Assembly (NCBI GenBank): GCA_016938235.1
Contig: JAFGVA010000223.1
Coordinates: 406 to 64,405 of the forward strand
Direction: 5' to 3'
Origin: Bacteroidales bacterium
GTDB lineage: Bacteria > Bacteroidota > Bacteroidia > Bacteroidales > UBA10428
Length of the DNA stretch: 64,000 nt
The position numbers were made by a program, and so were the translations under genes. A model generated the notes under the pieces. That model saw only the letters and a program-made list of their open reading frames with translations, was not told the DNA's origin and did not search any database. This document shows, piece after piece, positions 1 through 8,801 of this stretch (positions are counted from its first letter, which is position 1; each line of letters opens with the position of its first letter).

Positions 1-142
1 GAAGGGTGAAAAGTGAAAAGTGAAGGGTGAAGGGTGAAGAGGGAATTGAGAATTGTGAATTGAGAATTGTGAATTGAGAACCGGGCAAAGCGAGCTCAAG
101 GACTGTAAAGAGTTAATTGTGAATTGAGAATGTTGATTTGTG
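1..142. repeat. Short-period (7-nt register) tandem arrays, cut by the left window edge
   Basis: Read directly: 6-40 GTGAAAA GTGAAAA GTGAAGG GTGAAGG GTGAAGA; 44-78 AATTGAG AATTGTG AATTGAG AATTGTG AATTGAG; 34-nt unique spacer; 115-142 AATTGTG AATTGAG AATGTTG ATTTGTG. Confidence 0.9.
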
Positions 143-203
143 AGTCGTCCGATAACATTCCCATTCAGGGGTCAGTGGTTGCACGTATTATAAAGTTGTT
201 TTC

Positions 204-303
204 AACGTCATCCCTTCGCATGAAGGGATCGGGTCTTTGGGGTACAATGATCGGATTAACTCCGTTGAGCCCTTCGGGGTTCCTGTCTTCACAGGTATGA
301 CGG
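204..303. repeat. CGTCAT-hairpin intergenic element, long copy (about 100 nt)
   Basis: AACGTCATCCCTTCGCATGAAGGGATCGGGTCTTTGGGGTA ... GGTATGACGG. Same ends as the 2898-2950 copy, with about 48 extra nt (246-293) containing a CCC-TTCG-GGG stem-loop. Termini CGTCAT / ATGACG are inverted. Confidence 0.75.
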
Positions 304-366
304 TTTAATATTTTAACGCACTAATACTGAGCCGAAAGACTTCTCGGCCCTAACCCCGAACTCAAT

Positions 367-2712
367 CTACTTACTAATAAAGAAAAATGTTCCATTCTTG
401 TCTTCAAGGCCTGCAATTCGGCCAAATTGGGGTTTTTGGGCGGTGTGTTTGTACATAACAATAGAAATACGCTCGGCAATGGCATCAATGGGTATGCAGT
501 CGGCCGGGTTGTTTGCCAGGGTGTTGGCAAAGGTGCTGGCAAATAATGAGTTGTCCATGGCCGCTTCGGTATTTGACGAGGTAAGCACCAGGGCCGATTT
601 TTGGTTTATCAGGTTCAAATTATCGCAACTTGCCAGGCTGTTGTCGCCTCGCATGGCCACGGTAAAGCTTTCGCCGGCTTCGCAGGCATCGCTAACAACC
701 AGAATATGGGTAAGCGACGAATAGCTGTACAACGAAGCTTTTAAAGCATTGATATTATAAAAGCTGTATTCGTCGTTTAGTCTTCCGTCAACCGGAATCC
801 AGTACCCGGTATTCTGCATGTTTTTTCCGTGTCCGGCATACCAAATCATAAGCGAGTTTACATGGTTCGCCAGGATTAAATCGCGTAAATCAAGAGCAAA
901 GAAACGCTCCATTTCTCTTTTCGACATGTTCTTCTTTACAAGTACTTTACTGATTTTGTACCTGTCAAGCGCCTGCACCAGGCTTTTCACATCATTCTCA
1001 GGATTTTTAAGGTTTGGAAACTGGTTATAATCTGAATTTTCGATAACAACCACCCAGGTTTTACCCATGGGATTATTTTCGTTAAGCATTTTCCCGTCAC
1101 GGGCAAATTCATAAATACTGCTGGCAGTATTACCGAATTTATCGGTGGCCGTAACCGTAATATTCCGGCGGTTACGAATATCAATTGTACCTGTAAACCT
1201 GGGGTTGTAATCACCCGGGGCAAAGCTGGCATTTACTTCGTCAATCTGAATTTTGGTAATGTTGCTTTTATCCTCAACCCGGCCTTCGATGTACAAAGAA
1301 TTATCGCCACTCTCAAGCCTTATAATGTGATTTGCTTCTGCAACCGGAGAAATTAAACTTATTATGGGGCTTTGAGTTTCTATTTTGCTTACAGGGTACG
1401 AAACACTGGATATATTTTCATAAATATCAGAAGCAGAAAAAGTTAAATAATCTGTTTCGCTTGCAGGCAATTCAACTTCGAAGCTGTAGGTTCCGGGGCT
1501 TTCCTGTTTTACTTCAATGCTCAGGTTGTTTATTTTGAAGTCCGATAAGAGGCTCTCTTCCTGCAGGGTGCCTTCAATACGTATAATATCCTCTTCTTCT
1601 TTCACCTGCAATTCCTGATTCTCGTTTAGTACGGGCAGAATAACAGTTATTTCCGGCTTATTGCTTTCTCTGCCAATCTCAAATATTTTTGTTTCAGCAA
1701 AACTTATTTCTCCTGCCGGGCCGTTTTGGTCTGAAAGAAGTTTTCTATAGGCCGAAAAGTCCTGAATGGCGCTTTTTTTATTGTTGAGCTTTTCGTAAGC
1801 AAGTCCACGGCTTTTGAAGGCAGAACTTACGGTGTCATTTATTTTCAATAGCAGGCTATAGTCGTCAACAGCATTGGCATACAGGGCATAATCAAAATTG
1901 TAATCGGCCCGGTATTTATACAATTCCCAGTTGTCTTTATCTATCGAAATAGCCTTGGTGATATCGGCAATGGCCTGCTCATATTCTTTTTGGCCGTGAA
2001 GAGCCATACTTCGGAGCTTAAGAGCTTGCACATTCATAGGGTCAATTAACAAGATAACCATGCTGCAATTATCAATGGCATAATCGTATTTTTTTTGTTC
2101 AAGCTGAATAGCTGCCAGTTCAAGAAACGATAGGGCAATTTTATTATCTCTGATAATAGATTTTTCAAGTTCCTTTATGGCCAGATCGGTTTGTCCCAGT
2201 CGATGGGCCGATGCTCCACTGTAATACCAGGCAATGCCCATATCTTTGGCTTTAACAGCTTCCTGTGCGCGTTCGTAAGCCTGTTGGTATTGTCCGCTTT
2301 CAAACAGAAGTTTGGTTTTAAAAAGCAGGAAATCGAAACTTTTAGGTTTAATGCTTAAGCCCGACTCAATACAGGCATCGGCATCGCCGGTTTGCGAAAG
2401 ATTATAAAACAGGGTGGCAGCTTTATAATAGTTTTCTTCAGGCAGGTAATTCAGAGCGGCAGACTTTTGATACAATACAGCGGCTTCCAGCGAATCATTT
2501 TTTAACAAAGAAACGGAAGCTTTTAACATATAGGCTTCGCCATCTGCAGCGTCGAGTTTTATAGCCTGGTCAAACTCTTCGTATGCAGCTTCAATCATAC
2601 CGTTTCCTAAAAATTGCTGGCCGGCTTTAATATGCTGTTTTGCACTTTGGGCGGAAACAACCAGGGGAAACAGGATTGCCAATACCGATGTTAGTAAAAA
2701 AATCCTCACCAC
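367..2712 (-). CDS. Secreted TPR-repeat protein with C-terminal caspase-like (peptidase C14) domain
   Basis: 781-aa ORF with GTG start. Signal peptide MVRIFLLTSVLAILFPLVVSAQS, then about 300 aa of TPR-like repeats and a beta-rich middle. The C-terminal 231 aa (370-1062) carry VVVIENSDY..NLKNPENDV, catalytic-type His in WYAGHG (codon 829-831) and Cys in VSDACEAG (codon 682-684). Confidence 0.85.
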   Translation of the reverse strand: MVRIFLLTSVLAILFPLVVSAQSAKQHIKAGQQFLGNGMIEAAYEEFDQAIKLDAADGEAYMLKASVSLLKNDSLEAAVLYQKSAALNYLPEENYYKAATLFYNLSQTGDADACIESGLSIKPKSFDFLLFKTKLLFESGQYQQAYERAQEAVKAKDMGIAWYYSGASAHRLGQTDLAIKELEKSIIRDNKIALSFLELAAIQLEQKKYDYAIDNCSMVILLIDPMNVQALKLRSMALHGQKEYEQAIADITKAISIDKDNWELYKYRADYNFDYALYANAVDDYSLLLKINDTVSSAFKSRGLAYEKLNNKKSAIQDFSAYRKLLSDQNGPAGEISFAETKIFEIGRESNKPEITVILPVLNENQELQVKEEEDIIRIEGTLQEESLLSDFKINNLSIEVKQESPGTYSFEVELPASETDYLTFSASDIYENISSVSYPVSKIETQSPIISLISPVAEANHIIRLESGDNSLYIEGRVEDKSNITKIQIDEVNASFAPGDYNPRFTGTIDIRNRRNITVTATDKFGNTASSIYEFARDGKMLNENNPMGKTWVVVIENSDYNQFPNLKNPENDVKSLVQALDRYKISKVLVKKNMSKREMERFFALDLRDLILANHVNSLMIWYAGHGKNMQNTGYWIPVDGRLNDEYSFYNINALKASLYSYSSLTHILVVSDACEAGESFTVAMRGDNSLASCDNLNLINQKSALVLTSSNTEAAMDNSLFASTFANTLANNPADCIPIDAIAERISIVMYKHTAQKPQFGRIAGLEDKNGTFFFISK

Positions 2713-2897
2713 TTAATTGAAAAACAGAAGGTTAATAATGCTAATGGCAAAACTACAAAAACTCTGCCAAAAGCAATTGTTAATTACTTTAAAAATTAAT
2801 TACTGTTTAGAAGGGATGATTAAAGAGGTATAAGAACAGTCACTTTCTTGTAATAAGTACGGAATTATTTGCAAATTGTTGCGTTGAAGCAAATTAT

Positions 2898-2950
2898 AAA
2901 CGTCATCCCTGCGCAGGCAGGGATCGGGTTTTTGGGGTATGGTATGACGG
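2898..2950. repeat. CGTCAT-hairpin intergenic element, short copy (53 nt)
   Basis: AAACGTCATCCCTGCGCAGGCAGGGATCGGGTTTTTGGGGTATGGTATGACGG. Internal stem CCCTGC/GCAGGG, inverted termini CGTCAT/ATGACG, same orientation as the copy at 204-303. Confidence 0.8.
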
Positions 2951-3065
2951 AAAGCAAGAATGGCAGTTCTGACCCAGAATTACAGTGCGAGTGAAAACAC
3001 AAAAAAAATGGGAGCGCCGAAGCACTCCCATTAATCTTAATCCTAACAATTAAAAAAAAATATCA

Positions 3066-4733
3066 CTACCAACCCTCATGTTGAGTAATTTTTCCACTAC
3101 TTGTGGTTATTTCTCTCTGAGGAATAGGCATAAAATCGTTCTTTGGAGATTCCCAAACAATCGGAAAACCTAACGGAGTTTCTGTATTATTCAGAAGATC
3201 ACGGGCAATGTTCCAACGAACCATATCGAAGTATCTTCTGCCTTCAAAAGCAAGTTCCATCCTTCTTTCAGCAATAAGCTGTGCAAGGGTTACAGTACCG
3301 GTTAAATCGGCAGGAACGGTTCCGTTACCACAATTTCTGGCGCGGCTTCTGACCATATTAATATATTCAAGAGCCTTTGCATTGTTGCCCAGCATTATTG
3401 CAGCTTCGCTGGCCATCAATAAGACATCAGCATAACGTAGCAATTTGATATTAGCAGGAGATTTTTGCCATCCGTGTCCACCAGCATTTGCAAATTGTTC
3501 AGCTGACAATTCATATTTCTTCATGTAATATCCTGTTCCTGAATTGTCGAAATTGGTTGGATGGTTAACACCACCCGAAATTTGTATAGAGTCGCCGGGC
3601 ATATTAACATTAGCATGCAATCTTGCATCATCGGCATCGTACTCATCAACCAGGCTTTGAGTTGGCCAGCCTAGTCCCCAGTAACCGGTTGTACCCTGAG
3701 TTCCGTCAGGATTTGAATAATACCTGGCCGAAGTCCATTGTACCAAAGAACCTGCGCGGGTTAAAGTATAGTCTAAGCCATCGTTTATATATTGAATCTC
3801 AAAGATAGACTCAGCGCAGTTTTCACCTTCTATAGTGAACATATACTGGTAGCCATTGGTTTCAGGGCCACGCCATGTGCTATAGGTTTCTCCTTCGGAG
3901 CCTACAAGACTGTATTCGCCTGAATTTCGAATATCTTCGCACACGTCTAATGCTTCCTGCCAGCGTGCTGTCATACCTTCGAAGCGTGCGTCACCAGGGA
4001 AATTGGTTGCATAAGACGATTCGAAGATTAACATACGTGCAAGCAGGGCTTTAGCAGCACCTTTGGTTGCTCTGCCAATATTTTGCGAAGAAAGAGCACT
4101 TTTTTCGGGTAGAACGGCCATAGCTTCTTTTAAATCCTGTTCAACAAGAAGATAAATATCTTTAATAGGAGCTACGTCAAGGTCATATTCACTTGGCAGT
4201 AAAATGTGGTCAGCCAGGGGTACCTGTCCAAAAATATTTGTAAGGTACATGTAATTAAGAGCCCTAAGGAACTTAAGTTCTGCCAGTCTTATATTAATAA
4301 TTTCCGGGTCAGCATTTGGGTCGGTTTCCAGAATATTAGGAATTTTTTCGAGGCCTGTATTACAGAAATGTACGCCTCTGAACATAACTCCGTAACAGTC
4401 TCCAAGAGCTCCACTGGTTGGCAGAAAGGTAAACCTGTTAAAATCCTCGGTACCAGGCACCTCATTTTCAAAATCTCCGCCAGCCTCGGCATCATTAGAG
4501 GTAACATCGCCCATAACAAAATTTATGTCTCTGTCCCAGGCAGTACGTGTACTTAATGTAGAGTATGCAGCAGCAACAGCAAGTTCAGCATGGTTCATGG
4601 TAAGATAGAAAGATGCACTGTTCTCAGCAGCAACCGGGTCAAAATCGAGAAAACTATCACTGCAGCTTTGGATAAGTAATCCAGCCAGAGCGAATAAACA
4701 TATTTTATAAATTTTAGCAATCATTTTTTTCAA
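3066..4733 (-). CDS. SusD/RagB-family nutrient-binding outer-membrane lipoprotein
   Basis: 555 aa. Lipoprotein signal ending LLIQSC, SusD-like length and helical/TPR-like composition. Lies 25 nt downstream of the SusC-like gene on the same strand. Confidence 0.85.
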   Translation of the reverse strand: MKKMIAKIYKICLFALAGLLIQSCSDSFLDFDPVAAENSASFYLTMNHAELAVAAAYSTLSTRTAWDRDINFVMGDVTSNDAEAGGDFENEVPGTEDFNRFTFLPTSGALGDCYGVMFRGVHFCNTGLEKIPNILETDPNADPEIINIRLAELKFLRALNYMYLTNIFGQVPLADHILLPSEYDLDVAPIKDIYLLVEQDLKEAMAVLPEKSALSSQNIGRATKGAAKALLARMLIFESSYATNFPGDARFEGMTARWQEALDVCEDIRNSGEYSLVGSEGETYSTWRGPETNGYQYMFTIEGENCAESIFEIQYINDGLDYTLTRAGSLVQWTSARYYSNPDGTQGTTGYWGLGWPTQSLVDEYDADDARLHANVNMPGDSIQISGGVNHPTNFDNSGTGYYMKKYELSAEQFANAGGHGWQKSPANIKLLRYADVLLMASEAAIMLGNNAKALEYINMVRSRARNCGNGTVPADLTGTVTLAQLIAERRMELAFEGRRYFDMVRWNIARDLLNNTETPLGFPIVWESPKNDFMPIPQREITTSSGKITQHEGW

Positions 4734-4758
4734 ATTAAATGGTTCAAAAATAGTTGAA

Positions 4759-7700
4759 TTAAAAATTCAGGTTAGCACCAAAAAGAAGCATTTTGGTAAC
4801 CGGATAAAATGCAGCATCGATTCCCATTGAGGCGGGACTGAAATTCACATCGGCAACTTCGGGGTTGATTCCGGTATATGAAGTGAAAGTAAACAGGTTT
4901 CTACCGCCTACATATAATCGAAGGCGCTCAATATTAGCAATGCTGGTAACTTTATCAGGAATAGTATATCCCAAGGTGATATTTCTAACTCTCAAATAAG
5001 AAGCATCTTCAATGTAAAAATCGCTGGCCTCCGCATAATTTGCAACATTGTTTCGTGGAACTGTGGTGTTTCTGTTTTCAGCAACAACCACTACTTCCTG
5101 ACCTGTAGCGCGATCTATTTTTTTAATATCATTAACAACATAGCGGTTAGCAAAATCGGTACAATGGTTGGTGTTTTCCTGGTAATAGTATAAATATTGT
5201 TTAGAACCATTAAATAATTTATTGCCAATAGTACCGTTAAACTGTGCCGAGAAATCGAACCCTTTATATTCCAGGTTCAGAGAGAATCCGTAAATAATTT
5301 TAGGCAGCGGGCTTCCAAGGCTTGTTTTATCGTCATCTGTCAGCACCATGTTATCTCCATTTAAATCAACATAGCGAACATCGCCGGGTTGTGCTTTGGG
5401 CTGTGCATATATTGTTTCGCCATTTTCATCAATATAAAAAGGCTGATTTATAACAGTATAGTTGCCGCCACGATCTACAACATACTCTCCATTTGCATCG
5501 GTTAAGCAATCTTCAAGGGTAAAGATACCATCGGTTTCATAACCGAAAAATTCAGACACAGAACCACCTACTCTTGTCAGAGTAATGGGGGCAACAGAGT
5601 GAACGCCTCCTCTTAATAAAGAGTCGGTGGCCAGTTTTAGCACTTCATTTTTAAGCGTTGACAAGTTAGCATCGAAATTGTACTTTAAATCGCCAATCTG
5701 GTTTTTATAGCCCAGGGTAAACTCAAGCCCGGAGTTTTTAATACTTCCGATATTTACCTCCGGCGAAGTGTTATCAATATCAAAGGCAGCACCTAAAGAA
5801 TAAGAACCGGCAACATACGGCACTTCCCTGAACATAAGCATGTCTTCATTCACCTTGCTGTAGTATTCTATTGTCATGCTCAGTTTGTTTTGCATGAATG
5901 AAACATCAGCACCAATGTTTGTCATGTGAATTGTTTCCCAGTGAATTTCGGAGTTTGGTATTTGAACAGGAGCTGCACCCGAAGTTGAAACCATGTTGTC
6001 AAACGGATAGGCGAAAGTTTGAGGGAACCTTACAATACTTAAATATGGAGTATTTGAACGTGCATAGGTACCTACTTCACCGTATCCGAAACGGAGTTTA
6101 CCAAAGCTCAACAGGTTCTGGTTCTGCATGAAACTTTCGTTGGTGAATTTCCAACCGAAAGAGAATGATGGGAATACCCCAAATCTATAATCAGGGCCAA
6201 AAGAACTCCGACCGCTTCGTCTCACATTGGCAGTAAACAGGTAGGTTCCTTTATATGAATAGTTAATTCTTCCCAGGATAGCCAGAGCCCTGTTTTCCGA
6301 TGCACCTCCTTCAATTATCTGACTTATCAGGGTGTCGTTTACCGATTGCGAAAAATACCTGAGGTATTCAGGTGTGTTTGGTGCCAACTGGCGTTCTCCG
6401 CTGTAGTTGTAATCCCAGTTTCTTGAAGCTTCGGTACCTGCTAAAATAGAAATTTCATGATCCGAAAAATTTAAATTATAATTTAGCAGTTGCTGCACAT
6501 TATAATTAAGATCACGACCAATACCAATCGAAGATCTTACTTCGTCAATGCCTCTGTTGTCAAAAACATTGTTATAGTATACGTCTTCAAATTCTTTATT
6601 ATCCCAGAATCCCATTCCGCCAGCAAATCGGCTGGTGAATGACAAGCCTTTGAATAAATCGATTGTAACGGCAGTGTTCAGGTTGAAATTATTTCTTCTA
6701 GCAACGCGATCCACCATGTCGAGGCCTGCAATCGGAGAGGTTCCGCCAAATTCAGAATTACCCCAGATAGTGTCATTCATGTTTTCGTATCCGTCAACAT
6801 ATTCGGGAACATTGGGCTGCATTGTTAAACCATTTCTGATGGGTCCATCGTAATAAGCATTCCACACACTAAGCGGGAAACCAAAACGTTTGGAGTTAGT
6901 ATAATCAAGTTTGTTATCAACTGTAATCCGCTTGGTTAATTTATGTTCAGTGTTTAATCTGAAGGTAAATCTTTCATAATCGCTGTTTCTGATAATACCG
7001 GTTTGATTATTATAACTTGCACTTAACAGAAAAGATGAATTTTCATTACCTCCGGCAGTCGAGAAGTCGTAATTCTGAGTGATTCCTGTACCAAATAAAA
7101 TATCCTGCCAGTCATAGTTCGGAAAAGTATCGGGTCTTGAAGTGATGGCAGTGTCGCTGTTAGTTGCTTCTTCTACTGTAGAAAGCCATTGCTCTGAATT
7201 CATCAGATCAAGTCTGCTTACGGGCGATTCAAAACCATAGTAAAAGTTTAAGCTGGTTTTAATTTTTCCGCTGGAGCCATTCTTTGTAGTGACAATTATA
7301 ACACCGTTTCCACCGGAATCACCATAAATGGCAGCAGACGATGCATCTTTTAGTATCTCTATAGATTCGATATCGTTTGGCGAAATACCGTCAAGACTTC
7401 CGGGAACCCCGTCAACAATAATTAAAGGTTGAATACCATTAATAGAACTGATACCACGAATCTGAATTACTGCAGATGATCCGGGTACACCGGATTGGGG
7501 AATAACATTTACTCCGGCAGCTAAACCCTGAAGTGCCTGATCTACACCGGCAACAGGTATTTCGTTTAATTTTTCGCTACTTACCGATGCAATAGAACCG
7601 GTTACATCACTTTTTTTCTGTACTCCATAACCGGTAACAATTACTTCATCGAGACCGATGATATCTTCTGAAAGAACGATATCAATTTTTGTCTGGTCAC

Positions 7701-8025
7701 CAACGGTTATCTCTTCGGTAAGATAACCAACAAAGCTAAATACAAGAACATCGGTCGAAAGAGCAGTGATGGAATACTCGCCATCAAGATTAGTTGTTGT
7801 TCCTTCTGAAGTTCCTTGAACATAAATAGAAACGCCAGGTAAGCCACTTCCACTTGTACCATCGGTGACAATACCTGTAATAGTTTTAGGTTCCTGCTGT
7901 GGACTGTCTGCAGCCTTCAGCAAACCTTGGTTTGTTCCCATTAATGGGAAAACCATCAAACACATAACCAATACCAGGCTATGTAGTGTTTTTGATTGTT
8001 TAAAATTGGTTAGCATTTTTCTCAT
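4759..8025 (-). CDS. SusC/RagA-family TonB-dependent outer-membrane transporter
   Basis: 1088 aa with signal peptide. Carboxypeptidase-regulatory-like N-domain (ITGIVTDG..GLPGVSIYVQGT), TonB-box-like DEVIVTGYG, plug plus barrel length, C-terminal aromatic ..GANLNF. No STN/anti-sigma N-terminal extension. Confidence 0.9.
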   Translation of the reverse strand: MRKMLTNFKQSKTLHSLVLVMCLMVFPLMGTNQGLLKAADSPQQEPKTITGIVTDGTSGSGLPGVSIYVQGTSEGTTTNLDGEYSITALSTDVLVFSFVGYLTEEITVGDQTKIDIVLSEDIIGLDEVIVTGYGVQKKSDVTGSIASVSSEKLNEIPVAGVDQALQGLAAGVNVIPQSGVPGSSAVIQIRGISSINGIQPLIIVDGVPGSLDGISPNDIESIEILKDASSAAIYGDSGGNGVIIVTTKNGSSGKIKTSLNFYYGFESPVSRLDLMNSEQWLSTVEEATNSDTAITSRPDTFPNYDWQDILFGTGITQNYDFSTAGGNENSSFLLSASYNNQTGIIRNSDYERFTFRLNTEHKLTKRITVDNKLDYTNSKRFGFPLSVWNAYYDGPIRNGLTMQPNVPEYVDGYENMNDTIWGNSEFGGTSPIAGLDMVDRVARRNNFNLNTAVTIDLFKGLSFTSRFAGGMGFWDNKEFEDVYYNNVFDNRGIDEVRSSIGIGRDLNYNVQQLLNYNLNFSDHEISILAGTEASRNWDYNYSGERQLAPNTPEYLRYFSQSVNDTLISQIIEGGASENRALAILGRINYSYKGTYLFTANVRRSGRSSFGPDYRFGVFPSFSFGWKFTNESFMQNQNLLSFGKLRFGYGEVGTYARSNTPYLSIVRFPQTFAYPFDNMVSTSGAAPVQIPNSEIHWETIHMTNIGADVSFMQNKLSMTIEYYSKVNEDMLMFREVPYVAGSYSLGAAFDIDNTSPEVNIGSIKNSGLEFTLGYKNQIGDLKYNFDANLSTLKNEVLKLATDSLLRGGVHSVAPITLTRVGGSVSEFFGYETDGIFTLEDCLTDANGEYVVDRGGNYTVINQPFYIDENGETIYAQPKAQPGDVRYVDLNGDNMVLTDDDKTSLGSPLPKIIYGFSLNLEYKGFDFSAQFNGTIGNKLFNGSKQYLYYYQENTNHCTDFANRYVVNDIKKIDRATGQEVVVVAENRNTTVPRNNVANYAEASDFYIEDASYLRVRNITLGYTIPDKVTSIANIERLRLYVGGRNLFTFTSYTGINPEVADVNFSPASMGIDAAFYPVTKMLLFGANLNF

Positions 8026-8486
8026 AGGTGTTAAGAGTTATTTATAAATTATTAGAAGCATGATTGATATAACAATACCAATCATAATTAATAGTTCAAT
8101 CCAAAAAAGACGTCGTAGTTTTTTTTCCTTATTCAAGATAATGCGCAATGGGTTAATATTTTCAATATCAAAAATAAAACTAATAAGGCAAACAAATGAT
8201 TCTGGCTGTTGCAGATTTATGCTCTATTGTTTCAATTGCTGCCATTCTAATATTATTTATAGTCAAATGTACAATAAGCTATCAAATTAGCCTTATTGAG
8301 CAGGAGTTGTTTTGTATCATAATCATGCTCATATGTTTCAGGATATTTTTACAGATTTTCAGATTTAGCAGACAGATATAGGCAGCGACCTTGTTTAAAG
8401 GTTAAACTTAGTTGCGAATAAAGGGATGGTTAATATTCAAATATCTACCGGCGGTATATTAATAATTAATCGCTTAAAACTGTATG

Positions 8487-8536
8487 ATTCAAGTTTTAAA
8501 CTTGAATCAGTTACTGTTAAAACTTGAATCTGTTAA
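8487..8536. repeat. Perfect palindrome plus a third direct half-site copy
   Basis: 8487-8509 GATTCAAGTTT-t-AAACTTGAATC (11-bp arms). AAACTTGAATC occurs again at 8521-8531 in a similar context (TTAAAC/TTAAAAC..TTGAATC-A/T-GTTA), 22 nt later. Confidence 0.85.
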
Positions 8537-8545
8537 TGTGAAACA

Positions 8546-8575
8546 AAAAAAAAGGGAGAACAATGTCTCCCCCCT
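8546..8575 (-). terminator. Rho-independent terminator after tRNA-Arg
   Basis: Minus-strand read GGGGGGAGA-CATTGT-TCTCCC followed by a T-run of 9, placed 16 nt after the tRNA 3' end. Confidence 0.75.
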
Positions 8576-8590
8576 CATATTCTTTTTTTT

Positions 8591-8663
8591 GTAGCCCCAA
8601 CAAGACTCGAACTTGTATCTACAGTTTAGGAAACTGCTATTCTATCCCTTGAACTATGGGGCC
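8591..8663 (-). tRNA. tRNA-Arg (anticodon CCU)
   Basis: Minus-strand read GGCCCCATAGTTCAAGGGATAGAATAGCAGTTTCCTAAACTGTAGATACAAGTTCGAGTCTTGTTGGGGCTAC. Acceptor GGCCCCA/TGGGGCT, T-arm with GTTCGAGTC, anticodon stem GCAGT/ACTGT with loop TTCCTAA. No encoded CCA. Confidence 0.85.
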
Positions 8664-8776
8664 ATTTTTTATTGGCGTGTGCAAAGATAAATCCTTTTCT
8701 CAGAATGACAAAATATCAAATACCTAAGCCTGTTTTAATGTGCATAACTACTTTTCGGCATCTTGTGTTAAATAGT

Positions 8777-8784
8777 TATTTTTG
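8777..8784 (+). promoter_or_regulatory. Candidate Bacteroidota -7 box (TAnnTTTG)
   Basis: TATTTTTG, 18 nt upstream of the cvpA-like ATG. Confidence 0.4.
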
Positions 8785-8801
8785 AGTTTTCATAACCGAA
8801 A

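Noticed and set aside
398-724. Antisense or embedded ORFs inside long genes (for example 398-724, 10288-10722, 28595-28993, 36068-36529, 49395-49826, 54779-55141, 61160-61426)
   Set aside because: Each lies wholly within a longer ORF that has clear family motifs on the other strand or frame. Their compositions (Ser/Leu/Cys-rich, low complexity) are typical of shadow ORFs.
8060-8381. Track ORFs 8060-8290 and 8196-8381 upstream of susC
   Set aside because: They overlap each other in a very AT-rich spacer and have an Ile/Phe/Cys-rich composition with no start context. I treat the region as non-coding regulatory DNA.
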